Shown: positions 50,643 to 61,290 of the stretch, in pieces
How the letters are laid out: each line of letters opens with the position of its first letter
How positions within the stretch are numbered: the stretch's first letter is position 1
NCBI RefSeq assembly: GCF_033153115.1
Contig: NW_026889758.1
Coordinates: 53,568,001 to 53,632,000, forward strand
DNA from: Saccostrea echinata
Taxonomy: Eukaryota
DNA: 64,000 nt
Reading direction: 5' to 3'
Made by a program: the position numbers and the translations under genes
Notes under the pieces: model-generated
The model's database searches: none
The model's input: the letters and a program-made list of their open reading frames with translations, nothing else
What the model was told of the DNA's origin: nothing

Positions 50643-53600
50643 TTAATGAATCAATCGATTAATGTCTGGGTATTCTGCTTGCAGTTTCTCTATAGCATCA
50701 CTGAATTTCATCAAATCTTCAAGACTTTTCATTCCTAGCTTTTCTTCAATGCATCTATAGAAATACTCAGGGGCCTGTGAGAATGATATAATTTTGGTAA
50801 AATATGATAAGAAATTAGATTACTATAAACAACAACAACCAAAAAAATAAATAAATAAATAAATAAAAGTTATAGAATCATTTTTTAAAAAATTTTATTA
50901 TTTATTTTTTCGAAATTAAATAAAATAGTCATAATCTTCATTAAAATAATTTCCTTAGAATATTTTTTTTAACTAAAGATAACTCTTCCAAGTTTTAGAT
51001 ATAGAAGGTATTGATGAGCATGTAATGTATCTAGAATTTCTAAAGCGCACACAAAAATCACATCTTATCATTTTCTGATTATCAAATGCCCTAAATGGAT
51101 ATCAACTTACCCTTCGGAATAGCTTGTAAAGAAATACAAGTTGTTTGCCAGATAGATTTTTCAATCCAGAAAATCTGCAAGGAAAAGTAAAAGAAAGATC
51201 ATGTTTCATTTTCTCTCTCTCTCTCTCTCTCTCTCATAAAGATGTAAATTTTCAGCCGCTTCATATCGCAGTTAACAAAGTTACTTCACTCATAAGTATT
51301 TTCTATAAAGATATCAAATGTTATCATTCAAAAATGCATTTCACTTCATATCGCCTCAGTATTTGATTTTCTTTTTTTTTTCTAGTAATCTCGAATGACT
51401 TACGCTGTTAATTGATTGTCATTAAGCCATTTCTCAATATCTTTTCTCGTCCAATCCATTAAGACAACGCTGTCGTCAGATGCAGGCATCAGGCTCGGAA
51501 CAGCATTCTAAAATATTGATAATTTGATATTTAAAGTTATTTAAAAATGTTTATATCAATAAAATTACGTGAGAAAGTGTATTCAATTTGTTTACATTAT
51601 TTTCAATATGGATGTACCAAGAGGGCATTCAGTTATCATACAGTAATCTATACTAATACCTTGAAAGAAAAGAATAAGATATACACTAAAATTCATGCAT
51701 TTTCTTACAATATATAAGTAAACTAGAGGCACTGTGAGCACTGAGCTCAGAAAATGATATCCCTGCTTCCATATGAGTATAATGGTAAAGTCCATATTTT
51801 GCTAATGAAAGCCCGAATATGTGTCCAATCAAAAAGAGAAATAGGAGGCCACAATGGCACTAGGTAATAAATTCTGCGGAAGTTTCATTAAATTTTAGTT
51901 AGTGATATCAATAAAGTTGCGGATAAGAGACGAGTATCCCCAATATTATGGAAAGAATGGCAGTGTCCATGTTTTGCTATTTGAAGCCTAAAAAAGTGTC
52001 CATCAAAAAGTTAAATAGGGAAGTACAATGGCACTATTTACCGGTAATAAATATCCTGTGAAAGTCTCATTAAATTCAATTCAGTGGTATAGGAGGAGTA
52101 CGGATAAGAGAAGGATACCCCAAAGCATAATTAAAGGACGGACGTAGAGACAGACAGACGGACGGACCCCCTCTCCCACTTTTCAAAGGGGGTGTATAAT
52201 GACGGAAACAGACCTCAGGAATGGCTGACAATGCCTTGGTCTTCTGTGGAAAAATTTTCCCAGTCAATGCGGTATAAAGTTCTCCAAATTTTCTGTCAAA
52301 ATCGTACTTTCCGCTAAAATCGTAAAACAGTTTAGCTCCTATCATGGCACCCAGCCATCCAGTTGCTTTGTAACCTCTCTCCATCAAAAGCGGAATAATT
52401 TCTTTCTTTTGTGAGTAAGCATATTCTGCCTCTGTCAAAGAATTTTCCGTTAATGTTTAATAAAAGTTTTATCATTCAGAACAATCAACCTACTTTATCA
52501 ACAAGAACAGACAACAATATCATTCGCAAAATTTTATGTTAGAGCTCTGTAAAATGAAAAGTATTAAGTTATTGATATTTTACAGTTTGCTGATTTTTTA
52601 AGTAGCAATGAAAGTATTAAAAGAAACAAGGCAGCAATTTTCAAAGGTACAAAAGTTTATAATTAATTACTTCAAACTATAGTAATGCCAGTTCCTAACA
52701 TCTCTACAACTTTGACATGAATTTTCAATAACATCTTCTTCTAACTGATGTTAAACCATGTTAAATTATGCGATATTCTTACCAGTTCGACAATTTTGAC
52801 TATCTTTGTACTTCTCAGAGTAGCACACTAGTATAATTCTAGCTTCTTCCACTGCTCGAGCCATGGCCTCTAGGATGGAACCTTCCATGTTGTCAACGTC
52901 CATCCAAACCGTGAAGCCTTTCTCTTGAAGACGATCCCTGATCTTAAAAATACATTCAACTAAATCACTGAGTGCTGCACGGAAAACTTAGTCACGTGAT
53001 AAATCACGTGATAAATTTTTGCTGTGTTAAAAGGGGGAGATACTGTTTAACTGATATCTGCTCTGTTAAGTGAACCTATTTTCAGATTTTAATTTTTAAT
53101 CAAGATCAGGTCAAAAAAAAAAAGAGAGAGAAAAAAAGACTTTTAAAAATAGTATTATACTAATACTACTTTGAATATCAAAAACTTAATTTTTTAATAC
53201 CTGTAAAAGAATTTTCTGGTTTGCCCAATTGTAGCTTAGCATGATATGTCCTGCAATAGCAGATTCTTCTGCTTTTTCTTCTACTTTTTCCTTTTTCTTT
53301 TTAGCTATAAATAATAAAAACATCAACATGCACATATAGATGACTTTTGAAATATTACAATTAGATACTTGTGGTTGATGACTTTTGTTAAAATTTATTA
53401 CATAGAAGATTTTGTATGAACAAGTAGATTTTGTAACATGCATACCTTTGTCTTGCCCCTCATTTATAACAAAACAAGCTCCCTGGGCTGCCTTTGATAA
53501 CTCTTCATTGTCGCTATTGTAAAGGTTTTGAAGTGTTTTCCAAACTTCTTTATCATTCTGAAATTTTATGCCAATTTTACCCTGAGTTTAACCTGTGTTT

Positions 53601-54301
53601 ACTTGCAAGTAAATGAATGGTACGACAACTCTGGATAGAGCTTTTATAAAATGCAAAGTAGCTCATTTTTCCCATAGAAGATATAGAAGAAGTAATGATA
53701 GATTTCTTCTTAACAAGGATTTTAATGGAAAGTCTTGTTACCCACCTTAAATAGTTCTTTATTCTTTTTTGCAAAAGACAACTCCCAAATGACGTTGACA
53801 ACTGCAATCTGTTCTGCTACATTTCCTTGTTTTAAAATTCGTTTTAGGGTCTGAAAGGCACCCTTTTTCATAATGGTTGTTTTGTTCTCATCATTTTTAG
53901 CCAATTTTGCCAAACCATTAATGAGCTCATGGATAGAAAATCCCCACTGCCTGCGATCGTTTGCTTTTTCAGCCTTGTGTACCATGTCAAGTAGGAAATC
54001 AAAAATGGATTCATCGGCAGTGATTTTTCTGTTTTGTTCCTCATTGACCATGTACGACAATGCCAACAAGACAACGAGCTTAACATCTGTTACAGAAAAG
54101 AAAGTCATCAAAGACAAAGGAGTTATTCATAAATATTATAGACCCAGCGTAATGGAGGTATTCTTTTTCAAAATGTAATTTCTCTGATCTTTTTTTGGAA
54201 TCACATCCTTAGTATATTAAAGCGATTTTCTGAAGTAATTGTTTAATGTATTTCCTTATATTCTTTACTTTTTTAAATACATTATCTTTGTTTTCCAAGA
54301 A

Positions 54302-54357
<56 letters not shown>

Positions 54358-57300
54358 GCACAATAAAAAAGAATAGAAAAAAATTACGCAAAACATTATT
54401 CAGTAGAAAATTGTAGTAGGATGATTTAAATATTGTACTACCCACATGTTATATCTGTTTTCAACAGCTCTTGTAATATTTCTACCATATTGACATCCTT
54501 TGACTCATGTTCGTCCTTCTTAGACAAACGCTTGATACTGTAAACATCTTTTGTAGCAGCATTACGAGCACAGTTATTGAGTATTCCAAGAGTGGAGTTA
54601 AATGGAAAGTGGTTTTCATTCTGAAAACATAAGAAAAGTTAAATTATCAGAGGACGAATTCCTTCCTAATCTGCATTTGTAAAAGGGGGAGGGTTGTTTG
54701 AAACTTATTGTAATCATTTTTATGATATTTCTTTGTGAAAAGGACAAAGTAATTTTTAATCCTTGAATTATAACAGCCAAAATGCCAACAGATTTAGAAC
54801 CTCTAAAAAGGATCAACATGTACGTATAAGAAAGTCCTATTGGCCTGTTTTCTCAATTACGTACCATACAGCAATAAACAATTTAACGTTCTCTTATTAT
54901 CCGTATAAGAATGCTTGTATTTTTACAAGCTGAAACTTTTCACCTTGAGAGTATTTAAAAAAAAAATTCGTATTCATTTCAATGTAAAACTTTGGACCTT
55001 TTTTGTGGTCCCATTCACTGTTTGACTGAGTTGAAATCTACATAAGATGTGGAAGCTACACATCATTTACAAACTAAGCATGGTTGTTGAAGAGAAAATT
55101 TTCATACAAATTTTGAAATATTGTTGTGACATTTTTACCCCAATGGCAACATTTGAACAATATGAAATTTACATTGCATAAGGATGATTGCGTATCAATT
55201 TCATAATTGGAAGTTTTTATATTTTTAATATTTTTCATATATTTCAGAGTAACTGGCTCCATCCCTGCTTCTAGCTCGAGGCTTATAATTTGATAAATTT
55301 TAACCTATACTACTACATGTATGTTTAATCTGAAAATGTTAAAACTTGCATTAGAAGGGGGCTTTAAAAGATTTTTTATGCTTTAAAGTAACACTATTTT
55401 TTATCGTTGTTTTAAGATCATTTTCCGAAAAAAATTGAATTATCATTACATGTATATAAGATTGTTAAATTTTGTCATTTCAATCCTCGTGATTCCAAAG
55501 AGGATTTAAAGAGGGTTTTCTTAAATGATGCCACTCTTTTTTCTCGATTTCTTCATTATCTCATTCGTAAATTACATGTTGCTGGTTCTTTACTTGATAA
55601 GCATGTGTATGTCTTCCCGATATCCAAAGATGTATTCAGTTACCAATGGTTGAAATGGTCCACGAATTAATTGGAAGATCTAGAGGTCTAAAATGTTTAA
55701 ATGTTTAATTACGAAGACACACAACGGTGAACAAAAACAGCAACAGGTCACCTGAGTGACCCAGATGTCTCTATAAAGATTCAGACACTTAACTCTTGGA
55801 ACTGAATTCAAATGTTTTTCCCCTTAATATTTACCGTAATTTCGTCCTCCAGTTCTTCCAGGTCCTGTTTCACAGCTAATAAATCTTCAGTCAGATATTG
55901 AAAGAACTGTGTGTCATTAACAATAGATTCGGCAAATTTGGGACTCCCATCAGCATAATTCCATAAAATTGTCCTGATTAGTGCTAAAAGCTTGAAAAAT
56001 TCTGATTCCGATTCCTCCTCTTCAAGGTCATCGTCAAACCATTCGAGATCATGATTAGACCAGACAGCCTGGTATACGTCCACTAAATGAGGGACGAACC
56101 TAAAGCAAACAAAGGTTCAGTTGCATTTTTTTTTGTTACCGGTATGCTATGATTTTAATGTAGCAAGTTGTGTAATACTTGCAAATATTAATTTTCAATT
56201 TGCATGCAACAGGTAACACAGGACCGAGGTTGAATAGACAAGGTGCTCAATGGTTAAGATATGATGATAAACTTGTAAAATTGTATATCACTGCTGATAT
56301 CAAATTTGACATCATAATTAAGGTTAAAAATTGCAAAAATGGTTGAAATTGTTCGCAGTGAGAAAAAAATCATGGTTAACTGTTTCTAGTATGTCGCATA
56401 CTGTAGAATCGTCATTGTTCGTTGGGGAAGAGTGTTCGGGGATTGGCTGGGTCACCTTTACCCAAAAATTTATATCTCATATCACGAACGATTATTTTGT
56501 CAAAGTATTGATTCATTGAGTTACCAACAACATTTTGTTCCCAGTAAAATTTTTTTTGCCCTAAACATTGACTCTCACTAATTAAAAATAATTCCACAGT
56601 ATGCTTAGCTACATACTCGTAAAACTTACCCATTTTTGGCCAAGTAGTTTCCCATCACCAGTCTCTGCTCCAGGTCTTGGTGGTCTTGAAATGGATCGTC
56701 TACTTTTTTATCAAGTAGTTCATATATTTTCGGGTACATCTCCTCCGTGATTTTATTCATGTTTTGAAGCTGTAGATAAACAACTGATTTGATTGTAGAC
56801 CTGTTATATGTATTAATTAATCAGACCCATTTATTTAACCATTTATTAAATCAGAAAGCATGTATTATAATGGATGTGTAAACGTCATTTGACTTTTATA
56901 ATAATTGCATCTTTTTATAGACAATCTGCCAACACCCCTTCTTTGGTCCGATCCTGAGGCACAACCCAATTCACAGAAAAATGAGGCTATAATGATTCTA
57001 TACTATATGAAAATGTTTAATTTGGGCAAAATTTATATCTATCAATATTTAGTATTCATGAGATCATTTGTTTGCATCTGGAATTTTTTTTAAAGAATTA
57101 AGTTTTAAATAAACTTCAATGCTGTTATTTGTCATCTATAAAACTGTCTTTCTAGTTGATCCATTTAGAGGATGTGGCTAGAACTGCATTCGTATACAAT
57201 CGGGAAAAAATGTCAATAAACAAAAATAATCATTCCTTCCGCTTTAAAATATAATCCGTAGCATTCCAATACACAATATTCTAGTAAAGGAAAAGATAGG

Positions 57301-58365
57301 CTAAGACCCCTTTTTGGCCCCCGGTTTTGGGTGTCTTTTAGAATGATGCAGCAGTTTCTCAATAAAAACCTGTTCTCACCCCGTCACAAAAAGAGTATTG
57401 GTTTTAAGTTATGGGATACACAGAGGTCACAGGAAGGTCAGAAAATATGTCAATTTCCGAAATTCCTCATTTTTTATGTAAATTTTCATCTATTTTACAT
57501 TACATTTTGTTTCAGAAAACATAGAGCACAAGCTTGCCTATCAAACAAATTTATATATTTCATACACTAGCATCAGATGCATCTTATGTATAAAAATCTC
57601 AGATAGGCAAGCTTGTGCTCTATCTTTCCCGTAGGGAAAAGTATCTCAATTCGACGAAATTTCACCAGAATTGAGGAAATTCAGGAAAACTTCCTACTTC
57701 TGCACCCTCCTGTGGCCTTCTTGTAAGCTTTGAATCAAAATTAGTGCTGGTTTTAAAACAAGCATCATTTTAAGTTCTTAACTACAAACTATCACAATTT
57801 TAACTGTGTTCTGATTTTACATCAAAGAAGGGACCAGATTCGGCCGTTTCCATACCTTGTCATTTCACATCGAAATACTAAGTATTATATAACTACATGT
57901 TAGGAAGGAAAATTATCAGATTACCTTTTTCAGGGCTTGATCAAATTCTTTTAGTGTTGGTTTCAGTTCACTGTGCCTCACTAACAGCATATCATATGCT
58001 TCTCCTTCTACAATGGACTTCGTTCTTACGGGTCTCCTCTTTCCAGACATGGTTGACGAATGTGAAGTGGATAAATGATCTGAAGAGAAATATATGTATT
58101 TTCATTCAAAATATATATTTATTTTTTCTTTTAAAATGTTTTTAAATCCATAATAAACTACTTTAATAAGAGCAGAAATAGTTTCCAGTCTTACTCTTTT
58201 ATGGACCTGCTTCTTTCATAAGTCATTTGAGCAAAAGTTTTCTAGTTCACCTTTTCTAGTTTTTTCTTTGTGGATACTTGTGTCAACGAGACTTTCGATA
58301 GGTGCGTCCTTGGTCTCCCTCGGGCTGACTTTAGGGGCTTCTTCAGAACTACATCCTGATCCCAT
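50643..58365 (-). CDS. ARM-repeat / TIR (TIR_2-type) / SAM-like protein, ~694 aa, 13 coding exons
   Basis: Exons 58365-58251, 58079-57925, 56769-56630, 56099-55835, 54620-54446, 54086-53746, 53557-53446, 53304-53201, 52942-52783, 52431-52214, 51507-51404, 51174-51111 and 50774-50643. All introns are GT-AG and in phase (2085 nt). ARM-like segments: ILWNYAD, LGILNNCA, LAKLAKNDENK, VIWELSF. TIR: IMLSYNW..VWMDV..MEGSILEAMARAVE..YSEKYKDSQNCRTEAEYA..IIPL. SAM-like: DWTRKDIEKWL..LSGKQL..L..KLGM...F.DAIEKL. Confidence 0.9.
51720..52200 (-). mobile_element. HINE/pearl-like element in an intron of the ARM-TIR-SAM gene
   Basis: AACTAGAGG end, two ~175-bp units, GACA/GACG microsatellite and a terminal stem CCC..TTT.AAAGGGGG. 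Confidence 0.6.
54311..54355. repeat. (CT)n microsatellite, intronic
   Basis: Perfect CT run. Confidence 0.95.
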
Positions 58366-59535
58366 CCTCCATCATTATATGTCGTCTGCTAAGGAAAATT
58401 ATAACTGCATGAAGGATAATATCTTTTATTGTTTCTCAGGACATGATTGCTACTTTGTCGATGGGGTTTAAATTGATTATTTTCTCTTAACACTTTGAAA
58501 TACTTTAAATGAATTGCATATCAATGTATCTAACTGAGATCCCTTAATTTTCCAATATGTAGAACTAAATTCATTTGAGGAGAATCAATCTGCCTCTCTG
58601 CAACATATTCATTTCAAACAATGGCAATATGCATGTATTTGGCTGTTCGCATCCACATTCTATTTTATTAGTAGTTTTTGCGTACTATATATGAAATCAG
58701 TTTGTAAGTATACATTGTGAGCAGAAATTTTTACCTTTACAATGTATTTAATTCATAGTATATACACTCAGGTTAACCTGCAACATGATTGTCAAGCTGT
58801 AATGAACTTTAAATCTATCGATTTTTTAAATACCCCCAACTTGTGTCTTCAATATGCCCTATCTAGATTATCTATCAAGCGGGCTTTATTCAGTTGTAAT
58901 AAACAACAATTATTTATGTCGACTTGAATAAGAAAATGTCATTAGGATCTTGAAAAGAAGTATTGAACTTACTCGAAAATCAATAAACTAATTTGCAACT
59001 AATTTAAACAATCAACAACTTTTTAATGCATCAAATTAAAGGAAGTCCCAGTCTACCGTGGTAATATTATAAATTCACAATGCAAGTGATTTTAGAGAAA
59101 TAAGTTCAGGACCACAGCAAAAATGTATACTAATCCAAATAAATTTAGAATTAAGCCTAATATCGGGCGTTTTAGAGTGATAGAAAAAGAACAGTTGCAT
59201 TTAACATTAACCCAAATCAAAGAATGATACAGAATGTTACAACATTACCTGTTTGTTTTATGTCTGCGATTTATGTATAACACAACGATCGGAATTTAAC
59301 TTCCGGGGTAACAAATAACTGTCAGTCGATGTCCCTAGTGCACGACGTTGTTTCTTTACTGCGGAATCAATATCTTTAAATGTTCAACAACGGTCTGTTT
59401 GTCACCCATTAGATTCACCAATGTTATGCTGAAATTCTTTATTATCAGTTAGTGGTTGATTAAACTATTAAACTAAAGCAAGATTTATGCATGCTGGTCC
59501 ATCCAGTCAAGTACTTGCCTTAAGATAGCTGTACA

Positions 59536-60040
59536 AACAAGCATTCTGAGAGTATTGCATTAGCAATACTAGTCCCCTACAGGCAAGTGTAATCTGGTTC
59601 CGTTCCCGTTAAGAATTGAAAATGCCATAATTCCGTCAAAAATTAATGAAGCGGGACGAAATGCAAACTTGATCTGTAACTAATCAAGGTAAAGCCACAT
59701 ACCAAAAATCAGCTCAATATCTACAAGCTTTTAGAAGAAAATTGCGGAAAACCCGAAAAAATTGAAAAGGCCGTAATTCCGTCAAAAATCAATGAAGCGG
59801 AACGAAATGCAAACTTGATCTGTAACTCATCAAGATACACTCACATACCAAAAATCAGCTCAATATCTGCAAGCGTTTAGAAAAAAGGTGCGGAAAACCA
59901 AGTGGGACAGACTGACAGACAGACAGAGGGACAGACAGACAGACAGACGGACAGACAGACAGACAGACGGACGGACAGACGGACGGACAGACTCAGAGGA
60001 AACCTATAGTCCCCTCCGGTTTCACCGGTAGGGGACTAAA
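59536..60040 (-). mobile_element. pearl/HINE-like element with two ~140-bp units and a (GACA/GACG)n microsatellite
   Basis: AACAAG..GTATTGC.TTAGCAATAC palindrome, AGTCCCCTAC subTIR, duplicated core, GACA repeats, terminal AGTCCCCTCCGGTTTCACCGGTAGGGGACT. Confidence 0.8.
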
Positions 60041-61290
60041 AAGAATAATATCCATGATTAAATTCTACTGGAAAGAATGATTCCCCTCTCCTACTCTGCT
60101 ATGGCGACGAATGAAGCTTATAACTGAATACTCATTTAATTCTAAACCTATATATCTTTTTTAGATATCTTCAAAGTAAAAACATTATAATTTATCCTTA
60201 AATTAAATTCTTGATTTATTTGTTTTTATATTGAAAAAATAAGATTTTTTTTAAGTTACAATGAATTGGCTGTTTTAGTAAATTTCATTCAAACTACTGT
60301 TTTCTTTTTTTTTTTTTTTCATTTTAAATATGGTAATTTGCCATAAATGTGGGTATTTCGAATAGAGTAATTAGCTATAAATGTAGTAAAGTTCTTTTTC
60401 GTGTCATACATTTGTTAAAAAGTATGCAGAGAAATGGTAAAAATTGCTGCATCTGAGAGATTTAAGCTGATATATAGGGTACTCTTATTGTTCATCAATA
60501 ATTCACTACGTTCCCTGTTAGATAAAAAAAAACATAAATGCAACGCAAAATGGCAAAACTAAACAGTAAAAGGCCCTTGGTGTATTCAAACCTGGAAATT
60601 CACACCTTTATATGTTTTTTTTTTTAAATTATCAATTAGATCGGGAGTGCTTATGGGTTTCCGGCACATAAACTCTGATAACTTTAATATAACGGGTTTA
60701 GTAAATAAAAAAGAATATAAAAAGCACGATTGGATTCAATGCCTGATCCTGAATTGAGCGCAATATCTGTCAAACTATTGAATGCTCTACTGTCTCGCTA
60801 TTGTCAAAATGGAATTCGAGAACTCGCACTTTTCAAAATGAAAACAAAAAAGACAAGATTCGGCCATAAATTTTACTTACATAAAGAGCATTGGGTTCTC
60901 GAGAGGGATTTTTGTGAATCTTTTGATCAAAAAACTGTATTTGCTCATTTTAAACAAATACCAATGTATCTGTCTTATTTAAGAACTGTACAGTTTTGCA
61001 CTCTTTATAAATTGACACAGAGATTTGAATTTGTGTTCGTTCTTTAATTGATCTTGCTACCCTATCGAATCCTTCTTGTCGTCAAGCTTGGTACTGTTTA
61101 GGAAATATAAAAATGACAAACATATGGAATGTAAACATGGAAGTTTTGTGAACGAAAAAATCTTTTAAGAAGGTAAATTATTGTGTCACTTCTTTAAATT
61201 TTAATTGTAAAACTTTAGATCATGACCCCTCTTGAAATAATTTGCTTTATATTGTAGAAAAATGTTCTGAAACTTTTGTACATAGAATTA

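Noticed and set aside
57522-57621. Inverted repeat AGAGCACAAGCTTGCCTATC in an ARM-TIR-SAM intron as a splicing regulator
   Set aside because: Most likely internal to an intronic TE remnant whose ends I could not define; there is no evidence of function.
50643-58365. SARM1 orthologue, or a bacterial TIR defence gene / contaminant
   Set aside because: Domain order is ARM-TIR-SAM rather than ARM-SAM-SAM-TIR and the TIR motif differs from SARM1. Twelve spliceosomal introns exclude bacterial contamination.
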